Shown here: positions 1-10,362 of the stretch, in pieces | How the letters are laid out: each line of letters starts with the position of its first letter | Position numbering within the stretch: the stretch's first letter is position 1 | Virus record (IMG/VR): IMGVR_UViG_3300025151_000017 | Location: 32,001-96,000 of that record | Reading direction: 5' to 3' (one strand) | From: a virus | Length of the DNA stretch: 64,000 nt | Translations under genes and position numbers: made by a program | Notes under the pieces: model-generated | Told to the model about the DNA's origin: nothing | What the model saw: the letters and a program-made list of their open reading frames with translations, nothing else | Database searches by the model: none

Positions 1-193
1 TGAGATATCCCAAAACTACTCAGACTCTACATTACAAGTCTTATCAGGGCAAAATCAACCTGTAAAAACCTTTAATTTTATAGATTGTTTCCCTATTTCC
101 CTAGAACCAATACAATTTGAAGCTAAAATGCAGGATGTGATGATGGTTTCTACTCGTGCGACCTTTAAATACGCATACTACAAGATCTCATAA
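1..193 (+). CDS. gp3: tail completion protein gp3, 3' end (partial)
   Basis: Open frame ...SDSTLQVLSGQNQPVKTFNFIDCFPISLEPIQF...ATFKYAYYKIS*; gp3-uvsY-uvsW synteny. Confidence 0.75.
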   Translation, partial: EISQNYSDSTLQVLSGQNQPVKTFNFIDCFPISLEPIQFEAKMQDVMMVSTRATFKYAYYKIS

Positions 194-194
194 C

Positions 195-223
195 TTTACT
201 TTTAAGAAAAAAACCTTTAGAAT
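195..223 (+). promoter_or_regulatory. class II sigma70-like phage promoter
   Basis: TTTACT-17 bp (TTTAAG...)-TAGAAT upstream of uvsY; motif recurs before replication genes. Confidence 0.75.
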
Positions 224-248
224 TAAGGTCTAAAGGAGTATTTTTACT

Positions 249-686
249 ATGAATTTACAAGAACTACAGGATGAATGGGCGAAAGACAGCTTGGTTGATG
301 ATGACCATCTAGATAAGGAAGCTGTACGCATTCCAAACCTACACCAAAAGTATTTAAAATTCCTAATGGAGTTCAAAATGAAACTCACTAAGCAAAGAGC
401 AGAGTTTCATCAGCTAAGACGATTAAAAATTCGCTACTACAATGGTGAATTAGGTCGTGAAGAGTTAGAAGAACATGGTTGGGAGCAATATCAAGGCATA
501 AAACCCATAAAATCAGTACAAGATGACCTATTACATGGGGATGACGACCTAATTAAGATGACAGTACGCATATCTTACCTAGAAGACATGGTATATGCGT
601 CGGAAAGCATCATGAAATCAATATCAAGTAGAGGTTGGGACATAAAAAACTCAATCGAATGGAAAAAGTTTATATCAGGTGCCTAA
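249..686 (+). CDS. uvsY: recombination mediator UvsY
   Basis: IPNLHQKYL, YYNGE, RGWDIKNSIEWKKF; adjacent to uvsW. Confidence 0.9.
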   Translation: MNLQELQDEWAKDSLVDDDHLDKEAVRIPNLHQKYLKFLMEFKMKLTKQRAEFHQLRRLKIRYYNGELGREELEEHGWEQYQGIKPIKSVQDDLLHGDDDLIKMTVRISYLEDMVYASESIMKSISSRGWDIKNSIEWKKFISGA

Positions 687-2169
687 AATAACGATAGAAA
701 AGGCGAGTAATATACATATTCGCTGTTTTTCGGAGCCTTCGGTAGAAGCAGAGCTCTCTGACTACTTCACATATGCTGTTCCAGGTGCACAATTCACACC
801 ACAGTACCGAAGTCGCTTATGGGATGGCAAAATTAGGCAATATGACAGAGTTCGTCATACACTTTACCTTGGATTATACCGATATGTTGAAAAATTCGCT
901 GTTGAGCGAGGGTATGAGATAGAATGTAAGGATTTAATCGTTGTTGACCGAAAAATACCCTTTGAAGAGGTAGAAAACTGGGTAGATTCCTTACAATTAG
1001 CATCCAAAGGACGAGAACTCGCTGTCAGGGAATATCAGGTTGAAGCTATACATAAAGCTCTAAATGATGAAAGAACGCTCCTAGTCTCTCCTACTGCGTC
1101 TGGTAAATCGCTAATCATCTATTCAACCCTTAGATACCTGCTAAATCAGGGCAAAAAAGCAATCATAATAGTACCAACGACCTCTCTCGTTGAACAGCTT
1201 TATAAAGACTTCGAAGACTATTCAAGCATAAATGGATGGAATGTACCAGACCATGTGCAAAAATTATACTCAGGATTTACCAAAGATATAGATAAACAAG
1301 TATTGATTACGACTTGGCAGTCAGTTTATAAACAACCAAGACAATGGTTTGCTCAGTTTGATGTATGCTTCGGAGATGAAGCACATCAGTTTAAGGCAAG
1401 GTCGCTGACTACATGTATGGATAAATTAATTAATTGTAATTACAGGATCGGCACGACTGGTACGATTGATGGAAAGAAAGTACATAAGCTGGTATTAGAA
1501 GGTGTGTTTGGACCTGTCTTTGCTGTCACGACAACTAAAAAATTAATGGAAGATAAGAAGGTTGCCGAACTAGATATTACTTGCTTGTTATTAAAGTACG
1601 ATGAATTAACAAGGCAAGGTAGAAAAACAAACAAGTATGCTGACGAGATGGACTTCTTAGTCACTAACGATGCTAGAAATAAATTTATTGTAAACCTTGC
1701 TGCAGATTTAAAAGGGAATACACTGGTACTATATCAGTTCGTACAGAAACATGGAATCCCATTATACGAAGACCTAAATAAAAAGGTAGATGGTTCAAAG
1801 GACATCTGGTTTGTATCGGGAGATACAGTCGTAAAGGATAGGGAAAAGGTCAGAGAAATAGCAGGTGATACTGACAACAATATCATAGTTGCTTCTTTTG
1901 GTACATTCTCGACTGGCATTAATATACCATCTATCGAAAACATTATTTTCGCTTCGCCAAGTAAAAGTAAGATACGAAACTTACAATCTATTGGTAGAGG
2001 TTTAAGATTGAAGGAGGGTAAAGAAAGTTGTAATTTGTATGATGTAGCTGATGACCTATCTTGGAAATCTTGGAAGAATCATACACTCAAACACTTTTCA
2101 GAACGACTTTCTATTTACTCAGAAGAAAAATTTAACTACAAGATTGTAGAGGTAAACATAAATGGATAA
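679..2169 (+). CDS. uvsW: SF2 helicase UvsW
   Basis: SPTASGKS, DEAH, TGT, QSIGRGLR motifs. Confidence 0.95.
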   Translation: MPKITIEKASNIHIRCFSEPSVEAELSDYFTYAVPGAQFTPQYRSRLWDGKIRQYDRVRHTLYLGLYRYVEKFAVERGYEIECKDLIVVDRKIPFEEVENWVDSLQLASKGRELAVREYQVEAIHKALNDERTLLVSPTASGKSLIIYSTLRYLLNQGKKAIIIVPTTSLVEQLYKDFEDYSSINGWNVPDHVQKLYSGFTKDIDKQVLITTWQSVYKQPRQWFAQFDVCFGDEAHQFKARSLTTCMDKLINCNYRIGTTGTIDGKKVHKLVLEGVFGPVFAVTTTKKLMEDKKVAELDITCLLLKYDELTRQGRKTNKYADEMDFLVTNDARNKFIVNLAADLKGNTLVLYQFVQKHGIPLYEDLNKKVDGSKDIWFVSGDTVVKDREKVREIAGDTDNNIIVASFGTFSTGINIPSIENIIFASPSKSKIRNLQSIGRGLRLKEGKESCNLYDVADDLSWKSWKNHTLKHFSERLSIYSEEKFNYKIVEVNING

Positions 2170-2650
2170 ACTAATTAAAGAGGATGACGAGTTTATTTTG
2201 TTGAAGCTAACCACAGGGGAAACTCTAGTGGCTACTATTCGTGGTGAAGATACTGAAACTATTTCAGTTGAATATCCTTTTGAGTTAAAAACTATTCACG
2301 ACAGACGACAAGATATGGTCGTTGATGTCACTGCTGCTGCACCATTTTGTGGTTTCGCAGAAGATAGAAAGTTTACCTTTAGAAAAGATAATCTAATGTT
2401 TACTAAATGTCTGCATAACTTTTCTATCCCCTTTTATATCGAGTTAGTTGAAGAATACGAAAGACTAGTCGATATCCCAGTGCCAAAGAAAAGATTATCC
2501 GATACTCAAGGAATGCTAAGAAAGACTGCTCAAGCTATGCAAGAAAGAGCCGAGGAAGTATTACCTGAAGATCCAAGATTAGAGGATACTGCAGAAGTTT
2601 TAGATTACTTGCTTTCTGGCATAGGCAAAAAGAAAAAGACAATCCATTGA
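2162..2650 (+). CDS. conserved hypothetical protein (Sm-like fold possible)
   Basis: LKLTTGETLVA N-terminus typical of the ORF between uvsW and gp55 in marine T4-like phages. Confidence 0.55.
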   Translation: MDKLIKEDDEFILLKLTTGETLVATIRGEDTETISVEYPFELKTIHDRRQDMVVDVTAAAPFCGFAEDRKFTFRKDNLMFTKCLHNFSIPFYIELVEEYERLVDIPVPKKRLSDTQGMLRKTAQAMQERAEEVLPEDPRLEDTAEVLDYLLSGIGKKKKTIH

Positions 2651-2952
2651 TAAGTATAACTCCCAAAGCTAAAGAATACATACAGAACAGACTTGTTGTC
2701 ACAGGACACAAGTATGCTAGACTATCATTGAAAGGTGGTGGTTGTAATGGTTATGAATATGAGTGGAATGAAACTGACGATAGCAGTAATGCTACAATCG
2801 TCGAGGATATTATTGTGATTGATATGATGGCAAAACCTTTTGTTGATGGTTCCGAGATCGATTACAAAGAAGATTTCGCTGGATCGCATATCGAGATTAT
2901 TAATCCGAATGTGACTAGTTCTTGTGGATGTGGAGAGTCTATTGGGTTTTAG
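2647..2952 (+). CDS. HesB/IscA-family Fe-S cluster carrier
   Basis: GGGCNGYEY and NPN...CGCGES motifs. Confidence 0.92.
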   Translation: MISITPKAKEYIQNRLVVTGHKYARLSLKGGGCNGYEYEWNETDDSSNATIVEDIIVIDMMAKPFVDGSEIDYKEDFAGSHIEIINPNVTSSCGCGESIGF

Positions 2953-2989
2953 TAATTACTTTATATTGCTTAACCCCCTACACCCCATA

Positions 2990-3017
2990 ATCTACTCTGA
3001 AAAAACTTAAAAGTAAA
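2990..3017 (-). promoter_or_regulatory. antisense class II promoter (approximate span)
   Basis: Minus strand reads TTTACT-TTTAAGTTTTTTCAGAG(17)-TAGATT. Confidence 0.55.
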
Positions 3018-3044
3018 GTCCCAGAATAAAAAAAATTATTATTA

Positions 3045-3073
3045 TTTACTTTTAAGAAAGTTTTATATAGAAT
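3045..3073 (+). promoter_or_regulatory. class II promoter of gp55
   Basis: TTTACT-TTTAAGAAAGTTTTATA(17)-TAGAAT. Confidence 0.75.
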
Positions 3074-3096
3074 AATAATTATGAATGGAGTAATAC

Positions 3097-3642
3097 ATGG
3101 CTAATGCAAAGAAAAAGCCACAGCATTATGTTGACAATAAAAAGTTCCTACAAGCACTGAAGGAATACAAAGATGCATGCACTGCTGCTGAAAAGGCAAA
3201 AGAAGACAAACCAAGAATCCCAGAGTATATCGGCGAATGTTTATTGAAGATTGGTACACACCTTTCTTACAAACCAAACTTCATCAACTATACTTACCGA
3301 GATGATATGATATTAGATGGAGTTGAGAACTGCATTCAATACATACATAACTTCGACCCAGATAAATCAGGCAACCCTTTCTCATACTTTACGCAGATTA
3401 TTTTCTATGCTTTCCTTCGCAGGATTAAGAAAGAGAAGAAGCAAACCTATGTGAAACAAAAGCTGATTGCTGAAATGGATGTTGACGCATTTATGGAAGC
3501 AGGAGAAGGGGATGAAGGCACTAACCAATATATTGAATATATGAAAAAGAACCAAACACTAGACCCATACTTTGAAGCAAAAGAAAAGAAGAAAAAGGAA
3601 AAGAAGTCGACACCTATAAGTGACGCAATGGATGATGAATAA
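3097..3642 (+). CDS. gp55: late-transcription sigma factor gp55
   Basis: HYVDNKKF, PNFINYTYRDDMI, NPFSYFTQIIFYAFLRRIKKEKKQ. Confidence 0.95.
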   Translation: MANAKKKPQHYVDNKKFLQALKEYKDACTAAEKAKEDKPRIPEYIGECLLKIGTHLSYKPNFINYTYRDDMILDGVENCIQYIHNFDPDKSGNPFSYFTQIIFYAFLRRIKKEKKQTYVKQKLIAEMDVDAFMEAGEGDEGTNQYIEYMKKNQTLDPYFEAKEKKKKEKKSTPISDAMDDE

Positions 3643-3886
3643 AGACGATAAGAACATATTGGTAAATTTTATTCCACTTTTAATTCTTGTTGTTGTGACA
3701 GTATTGGGAAGTTTGGCTCATTACTTATTTACTACAGGAGTGGAAAAAACAATCGTTGGATATAACGAAGAAACTGGTAAATTTATTATGAAGGAAGCGA
3801 AAGCACAAGAAGCTGGTACTATTACTATTGACCATGGTGATAGTTGTTATGCAGTAGAAGGTGTATTCGTTGTTTGCGGTCAATGA
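3635..3886 (+). CDS. small membrane protein
   Basis: N-terminal hydrophobic segment; overlaps neighbours. Confidence 0.55.
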   Translation: MNKDDKNILVNFIPLLILVVVTVLGSLAHYLFTTGVEKTIVGYNEETGKFIMKEAKAQEAGTITIDHGDSCYAVEGVFVVCGQ

Positions 3887-4950
3887 GTAAAGTTGCAATT
3901 ATAACCGATTTACATTTCGGTGCTAGAGGAGATGCTCTAACTTTTTTAGATTATATGGATAAGTTCTATACGAACACTTTCTTTCCTACACTAAAAGAGC
4001 GAGGTATCAAAACTATCTTAAATCTTGGCGATACTTTCGATCGTCGTAAATACATAAATTATAATTCATTAAAAAGATCTAGACAAATGTTCTTCGATCC
4101 TATTCGTGATAATGGGATGGTTATGCATATGCTTGCTGGTAATCATGATACTTATTATAAGAACACTAATGATACAAACTCTATTGATTTACTATTAAAT
4201 GAATACAGCAATATTAATGTAATGGCAGAAGCCATGGATATAACAGTTGATGGTCGTAAGATATTTATGCTTCCCTGGATTTGTAGTGATAACTACGAAC
4301 AAAGTATGGAAAGATTGAATGATAGCGAAGCAGAAATATGTATGGGGCATTTAGAGATTGCTGGTTTCGTAATGCATCGTGGGGTTAAATCTCATGGTGG
4401 TTTAAATGCAGAAAGGTTTAGAAAGTTTGGTTTGGTTTATTCAGGTCATTACCATCATAGGAACAACGATGGGCATATATATTATCTTGGGAATCCTTAT
4501 GAATTAACATGGGCTGACTATAAAGATCCTAGAGGTTTTCATATATGGGATACAGAAACTATGGAACTTGAGTTTATAGAAAACCCATATACCATGTTTG
4601 AAAGAGTAGAGTACGATGATGTGACAAATGATTACACTGATTACGATGCTTCTATTATGGCAGAGAAATATGTAAAAGTTATTGTAAATAATAAATCAGA
4701 CTTTAAAAAGTTTGATGACTTCTTGAAAAAGATTTACAAAGCTAACCCACACGATGTAAGAATACTTGAGGATTTTGCTGAGTTTCAAGATGGCGAGATT
4801 GACGAAGAACTTAATTTAGAAGATACTATGAATATATTGACTAGTTATGTTGAAAGTGTAGAAACAACTTTAGATAAGGAAAAGATTACAGGTTTCCTTC
4901 GTGGGTTATATGCTGAAGCACAACAGTTAGAGAGTGAAACATCTGAATGA
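3883..4950 (+). CDS. gp47: recombination endonuclease gp47 (Mre11/SbcD-like)
   Basis: DLHFG, LGDTFD, GNHD, SGHYH phosphoesterase motifs. Confidence 0.95.
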   Translation: MSKVAIITDLHFGARGDALTFLDYMDKFYTNTFFPTLKERGIKTILNLGDTFDRRKYINYNSLKRSRQMFFDPIRDNGMVMHMLAGNHDTYYKNTNDTNSIDLLLNEYSNINVMAEAMDITVDGRKIFMLPWICSDNYEQSMERLNDSEAEICMGHLEIAGFVMHRGVKSHGGLNAERFRKFGLVYSGHYHHRNNDGHIYYLGNPYELTWADYKDPRGFHIWDTETMELEFIENPYTMFERVEYDDVTNDYTDYDASIMAEKYVKVIVNNKSDFKKFDDFLKKIYKANPHDVRILEDFAEFQDGEIDEELNLEDTMNILTSYVESVETTLDKEKITGFLRGLYAEAQQLESETSE

Positions 4951-6668
4951 TTACATTTGAAAAGATTAAATGGCGAAACCTGTTAAGTACAGGAAACGCA
5001 TGGACTGAAGTAGATCTTAATCGTTCTACTACTACATTAATTGTAGGTAAGAATGGTGAGGGTAAATCTACTATCCTTGACGCATTAATGTTCTCTTTAT
5101 ATGGTCGTCCTTTTCGTAAAGTAAAAAAAGACCAACTGGTAAATAGTATCAATGGTAAGAATCTAGAAGTAGAGATTGAGTTTACCACACATGGCAAGCA
5201 CTATAAAGTATTACGAGGTGCTAAACCCAACAAGCTAGAGATCTGGTCAGATGGTATTAAGCTAGACTCGTTCGCAAGTAATGCTGATACACAAACTTAT
5301 TTACAAACTCAAATAATAGGTTTTGAGTGGCGAACATTTAGTAAGATGGTTATTCTAGGATCTGCTAGTTATCTACCATTTATGCAGATGGGGCAATGGC
5401 ATAGACGACAAGTTATTGAAGATATTCTTGAGATTCGTATTTTTAGAACTATGAACGAGTTGCTTACTGATAGAATGAAACTTACTAAGGAATCGTTGGT
5501 TGCTGCAGAGAATGCTATTACTATTGCTAAGAAAGATGTAGATGCTCAAAAAGAATTACTTGAACAATTAAGTACTGTAAAAGAAGAAGCTGTAGAAAAG
5601 ATAAACGAAAAGCTACGAGTAAATGAAGAAACTATTAATAACACTACTGCTCAGGTTGAACAACTAATGAAAGATGTTGATTACTTGAATACTCAAATAT
5701 CTGATAGTGGTACTGTAAACGATGATATTGAAAAAGTTAAACAGATGATGGCTGGTTTCAATAATAAGAAAGCAGGTATTAATAAAGATATACAGTTCTT
5801 TGAAGATAATGAAATATGTCCACAGTGTGAGCAAAGTATTGAAGAGTGTCATAAGAATGATATTGTCACAAAGTTAAGAGATAAACTTGGTAAGACTATG
5901 AATGATTACGATACCATTTCTCAAGCACTGGAAAAACTAAATAAAAGATATGACGAGATTGCGTCTATCAACCAGACCATTATGTCAAAGAACACAGAGG
6001 TAAGTGCTCTCAATCAATCACTTAGTTTGTTGGGAAAAACAAATAAGGACTTGGTAGAAGAACAATCTAATCTAAATATAGATGATGATAATGTTGTAAA
6101 TCAAAAAGCTAAACTGAAAGACTTAGCCAAGTTAGCAGTTGATGCTTTAGAGGAGAAAACTAGTATTGAAGAACAAAAACAAATCGAAGATGTATCTAAA
6201 ACTCTTCTGGCTGACACAGGTATCAAAACTGAGATTATTCGTCAGTACCTTCCCATCATTAACAAACTTATTAACAAGTATCTACAAGCTATGGATTTCT
6301 TCGTTCACTTTGAACTTGATGAAGATTTCAATGAAACCATTCGCTCAAGATACAGAGACGAGTTTACCTATGACAGTTTCTCGGAAGGTGAAAAGTTGAG
6401 GATAGACCTTGCGATACTATTTACTTGGAGACAAATAGCCAAGATGAAGAATTCAGTAAATACGAATCTATTACTGCTTGATGAAATTTTTGATAGCAGT
6501 ATGGATACGAGTGGTACTGATTTGTTCCTACAGGTATTGAATGAGATTGGTGAGGGAACAAATGTTTTCGTTATATCCCATAAAGGAGACCAACTTTTTG
6601 ATAAGTTTAGAAGTGTACTAAAATTTGTCAAGAAGAATGACTTCTCATCAATTCAATTAGGAGCATAA
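4947..6668 (+). CDS. gp46: recombination ATPase gp46 (Rad50/SbcC-like)
   Basis: GKNGEGKS, CPQC hook, FSEGEK, LLDEIFD, ISHK. Confidence 0.95.
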   Translation: MITFEKIKWRNLLSTGNAWTEVDLNRSTTTLIVGKNGEGKSTILDALMFSLYGRPFRKVKKDQLVNSINGKNLEVEIEFTTHGKHYKVLRGAKPNKLEIWSDGIKLDSFASNADTQTYLQTQIIGFEWRTFSKMVILGSASYLPFMQMGQWHRRQVIEDILEIRIFRTMNELLTDRMKLTKESLVAAENAITIAKKDVDAQKELLEQLSTVKEEAVEKINEKLRVNEETINNTTAQVEQLMKDVDYLNTQISDSGTVNDDIEKVKQMMAGFNNKKAGINKDIQFFEDNEICPQCEQSIEECHKNDIVTKLRDKLGKTMNDYDTISQALEKLNKRYDEIASINQTIMSKNTEVSALNQSLSLLGKTNKDLVEEQSNLNIDDDNVVNQKAKLKDLAKLAVDALEEKTSIEEQKQIEDVSKTLLADTGIKTEIIRQYLPIINKLINKYLQAMDFFVHFELDEDFNETIRSRYRDEFTYDSFSEGEKLRIDLAILFTWRQIAKMKNSVNTNLLLLDEIFDSSMDTSGTDLFLQVLNEIGEGTNVFVISHKGDQLFDKFRSVLKFVKKNDFSSIQLGA

Positions 6669-6671
6669 CAT

Positions 6672-6851
6672 ATGAACGCACAAGCATATTTAATGGAACA
6701 ATATAATAAAGTAAATTTTAAACATCAAGAACTTCATGCTGAAGTCGAAAAATATAAGTACGACTCGGAGAAGGTTAAAACACTAAAACACATGAAGTTG
6801 AAACTAAAAGATAAAATGACTAAATTGGAGACACAATTAGGAATTAGTTAA
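6672..6851 (+). CDS. small coiled-coil protein (YdcH/DUF465-like)
   Basis: 59-aa ORF missing from the track; GGAG RBS; LKHMKLKLKDKM motif. Confidence 0.55.
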   Translation: MNAQAYLMEQYNKVNFKHQELHAEVEKYKYDSEKVKTLKHMKLKLKDKMTKLETQLGIS

Positions 6852-7414
6852 TGAATATTCTAGATAATGTAAAAGGTGAATTAATACCATACGACGATCC
6901 GATACTAACTTCCCCACAAGAAGATTGGAAGTTTGACGAGTATCCGCAGGAAGAAGCTGCAAAACTTGGATTGTTGTTAATCGAATCTTCTAAAAAATTA
7001 GGAGGAGCAGGTTTGTCGGCAAACCAAATAGGATTGCCTTACAAAGTTTTTTGCCTTACTCCTGAAGAAAGTTTCGGATTACCGAACATGGCAATGTTCA
7101 ACATGGAGATAGAAGAGTCCTCGGAAGATGTAAATACAATGACCGAAGGTTGCCTATCTCGACCCAACCTCTGGCTCATGGTCACAAGACCTAGAGTAAT
7201 CAAAGTAAAATACCAAACATTTACAGGCGAAGAAGTAAGAACAACCCTTAATGGTTATCTTGCTCGTGTGTTCCAACATGAGTATGACCATATGCTAGGC
7301 ATCGATTTTACACAACGAGTGTCTAAGATGAAGCTAGATAGAGCCATCAAAAAGATGAAAAAAGACGAAAAAAAGGGTAGAACAACGCAGGTAATTAGAG
7401 GAAATTTCAATTAA
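6851..7414 (+). CDS. def: peptide deformylase
   Basis: GAGLSANQIG, EGCLS, QHEYDH motifs. Confidence 0.95.
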   Translation: MNILDNVKGELIPYDDPILTSPQEDWKFDEYPQEEAAKLGLLLIESSKKLGGAGLSANQIGLPYKVFCLTPEESFGLPNMAMFNMEIEESSEDVNTMTEGCLSRPNLWLMVTRPRVIKVKYQTFTGEEVRTTLNGYLARVFQHEYDHMLGIDFTQRVSKMKLDRAIKKMKKDEKKGRTTQVIRGNFN

Positions 7415-7415
7415 A

Positions 7416-7531
7416 GTTATAAGTATTTGTTTTTTAATAACAAAAAAGTTTAAAAAAAGTAAAAAAAACCTTTACTTTTGGAACAAATTCAGGTAGAATA
7501 CTTGTATAAATTGAAAAAGTTGAGAGGTAAT
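7416..7531 (+). promoter_or_regulatory. class I (early-type) repeated promoter element, copy 1
   Basis: GTTATAAGTA, A-tracts, TTTACT(7471)-TTTGG..17 bp-TAGAAT-ACTTGTATAAATTGA; near-identical at 12747 and 33739, partial at 32090. Confidence 0.85.
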
Positions 7532-9862
7532 ATGACTAATTCTAAAGATGTTCTTGCTAAATTGCTTAGTACGGAAGATGTAAATGTCGTTCGTGCTGAA
7601 GTTCCTACTGCATCATTCGATGTAAAAAATCGTGTCCTTACACTTCCTACATTCGTAAATGTAGATGAGTCGGTTGAAAACCTTATGATTGGTCACGAGG
7701 TTGGTCATGCTCTTTGGACTCCAGTAAAAGGAGTGACTGAAGAAATGGCTAAGGATAAACTTCTTAAAGCATATGCCAATGTTATTGAAGATGTTCGTAT
7801 CGAGAAAATGATACAAGCTGAATATCCTGGATTGCGTCAAGACTTTATTAAAGGTTATAAGAAACTTGCTGATGACGACTTCTTCGGTATCGGTAAAAAA
7901 GATATCAACTCTCTTCAACTTATTGACAAAATTAATCTTTACTTCAAGATTGGTCTTAAATCTGGTATCAAGTTTTCTAAAGAAGAGTTCGAGATTGTAT
8001 CTCGTGTAGACAGCTGTAAAACTTTCAAAGAAGTAATTACTCTTGCTAAAGAACTTTCTAATTACTCTCGTAAGAAAAAACAAGAGGAAGAAGAAGCAAT
8101 GAAGCAAGAGATGCAAGCTATATCTGATGAGTTAGCTGAAATGGATCTTGAAGAAGAACTTGAAGATCTTCAAGAGGTTGGTGGAGATGTTGATGATGGT
8201 GATTCTGATGATGAAACAACTGAAGAAGAGTCTGAAGAATCTGAAGCTGGCAACGCATTCGGTGACCAAGCTGGTGATACTCAGCAAGAGCAAACTGCTG
8301 GTGAGTTTGATAATCCTTATGACTATAATGATGATGAAGAACTTAGAGGTTTCACTCAAGACAACTTAGATAAAACTATGAGCGACCATGCTCAGTTCGA
8401 GGGTAAGATCTTTCGCAATGTTGAAGTCCCAGAGTTTCCTTTCGGTGTAGATCCTATTATTGACCACAAAGAAGTCATGAATATCTTGACTAAGAGAGGA
8501 ACTAATCGTTGGGGTGAGGAAGAAGATACTCCTCTGAGTAAAATGATGAACGATTCTAAATTCATTACTGATAGTGGTCATTATGCATATCTTCCAGAGA
8601 TTGACTGGAATACTGATAACTGGGAAAAAGATCGTGGTAGAAAATTCTTGGGTTATACTTCTGGTGCTTACTATAAAGAAGATTACAAAAACTTCCAAGA
8701 GTCTATCAAAAAAGATATTGACTTTATGGTAAAAGAGTTCGAGATGAAAAAGTCTGCTCAAAGATATGCTCGTACTCAAACTGCTAAGTCTGGTCAGTTG
8801 AATGTAAATAAACTTTACAGCTACAAGCTGACTGAAGATCTTTTCAAAAGAGTACAAGTATGTGCCGATGATAAAAATCATGGTTTCATTATGCTAGTTG
8901 ACTGGTCTGGTTCTATGCATAATGTAATGAGAGATACTATGCGTCAGGTTATTACTCTTGCGACTTTCTGTCGTAAAGTAAATATTCCTTTCCAAGTTCT
9001 TGCTTTCTCTAACCACGATAACTACTCTGCTAATGCTTCTCAAAAAGAAAGTGAGCAGTACAAAAAAGTTGTAGAGTATTACCAAGTGGAAAAAGAGCAA
9101 TTACACTTTATGAGTAGATCTTCATGTTGGTTGTATGAATTGCTTACTCACGAGATGTCTCAAAAAGATTTTGATGAAATGGCATTTATGATGCATAGTT
9201 TCATGTGGCACTACTCTTACACTTTATCTTTGAGTGGTACACCTCTTACTGAAGCACTTGAGTGTTCTGTTGGTATCGTTGGTCGTTTCATCAAGAAACA
9301 CAATATTGATAAAATGAATTTTATCACTCTTACTGATGGTGCTGGTTATGCTAAAGGTATGCAAGATAACTGGGAAAAGATGGACCAAGTATATGGTAAA
9401 GGTTGGAATGGTCGATGGAAAGAAAAGATTGATACTCTTATCGATCCTGTCACCAAGAAAAAATACATAGTTTCAGGTGATAGAGAAAAATACGACTGGG
9501 CATACTTGGATATGATTAGTAATAGGTACAACTGTTCAACTGTCGGATACTTTATCGGTAGAAATACTTATCAAGGAATCCGTGAGTTTGCTCACTTCAA
9601 TATCAAAGGAGACATGTGGTCTTTGGACTTGGACAAGATGAGAGCCACTTGTCGTAAGAATGGTGGCTGGATGTCACTAAAAGATTGTGGTCGTGACGAG
9701 ATGTTCTTCCTAGATTCTAAGAAACTTAATCCTGTCTCACAAGAGATAGAGGTTGATGGTCAGAAGTCATCTGCTCAGATTGCTAGAGCATTCTCTAAAG
9801 GTATGAAACAAAACAGGCAGAGTAAAGTTCTAATGAGCACATTCGTAGAGAGGGTAGCATAA
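7532..9862 (+). CDS. CobT-like protein: HExxH domain, acidic linker, VWA domain
   Basis: HEVGH; NVIEDVRIE; D/E-rich linker; DWSGSM MIDAS, GTPL, LTDG; GAGG RBS before ATG 7532. Confidence 0.8.
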   Translation: MTNSKDVLAKLLSTEDVNVVRAEVPTASFDVKNRVLTLPTFVNVDESVENLMIGHEVGHALWTPVKGVTEEMAKDKLLKAYANVIEDVRIEKMIQAEYPGLRQDFIKGYKKLADDDFFGIGKKDINSLQLIDKINLYFKIGLKSGIKFSKEEFEIVSRVDSCKTFKEVITLAKELSNYSRKKKQEEEEAMKQEMQAISDELAEMDLEEELEDLQEVGGDVDDGDSDDETTEEESEESEAGNAFGDQAGDTQQEQTAGEFDNPYDYNDDEELRGFTQDNLDKTMSDHAQFEGKIFRNVEVPEFPFGVDPIIDHKEVMNILTKRGTNRWGEEEDTPLSKMMNDSKFITDSGHYAYLPEIDWNTDNWEKDRGRKFLGYTSGAYYKEDYKNFQESIKKDIDFMVKEFEMKKSAQRYARTQTAKSGQLNVNKLYSYKLTEDLFKRVQVCADDKNHGFIMLVDWSGSMHNVMRDTMRQVITLATFCRKVNIPFQVLAFSNHDNYSANASQKESEQYKKVVEYYQVEKEQLHFMSRSSCWLYELLTHEMSQKDFDEMAFMMHSFMWHYSYTLSLSGTPLTEALECSVGIVGRFIKKHNIDKMNFITLTDGAGYAKGMQDNWEKMDQVYGKGWNGRWKEKIDTLIDPVTKKKYIVSGDREKYDWAYLDMISNRYNCSTVGYFIGRNTYQGIREFAHFNIKGDMWSLDLDKMRATCRKNGGWMSLKDCGRDEMFFLDSKKLNPVSQEIEVDGQKSSAQIARAFSKGMKQNRQSKVLMSTFVERVA

Positions 9863-10362
9863 TGTCAGCAGAAGCAAAGTTTTGTAAGTTGTATGAAGAA
9901 ATGTATGACTTTTGTGAAGAAAATGATTTGGGAGATCCTTTCGTTGGTGGCAGAGGTAAAGAGATCCACATGGCTGGAATGTTAGGACATAAAGTAAGTG
10001 AGACATTTTCAGGTGCAGATGCTTATGACGAGGAAGGTGGTTGTGAATATAAATCAACCATTAGTCGCCATTGGAAAATTAAATATACAGTCTCTATCCA
10101 GTCGACATGGAAAAAACAATTAGATTATTTAAGGCATGAAAAAATTGTCAAATACAAAAACCATTACCATGCAAGATACGAAGGTGGTAAGGTTGTTGAA
10201 TTGTGGAAGCTGTCTGGTGAGGATGTATTAAAACTCCTGAGACCAAAGCTGAAACGAGCATATGATAACTTAAAGAAAAGTGATATGAACAAAGCATGCC
10301 CAGTACTCAAAGCAGAACTTTGTGGGCAAGAGATTACTTCACATGGTGAGCGAATCATATGA
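9862..10362 (+). CDS. putative PD-(D/E)xK-type nuclease
   Basis: KEI...GADAYD...EYKST spacing. Confidence 0.45.
   Translation: MSAEAKFCKLYEEMYDFCEENDLGDPFVGGRGKEIHMAGMLGHKVSETFSGADAYDEEGGCEYKSTISRHWKIKYTVSIQSTWKKQLDYLRHEKIVKYKNHYHARYEGGKVVELWKLSGEDVLKLLRPKLKRAYDNLKKSDMNKACPVLKAELCGQEITSHGERII

Noticed and set aside
7478-7531. TTG-started N-terminal extensions of the ORFs at 7478 and 33801
   Set aside because: They run through the promoter repeat; the real starts follow the GAGAGG RBS at 7532 and 33855.
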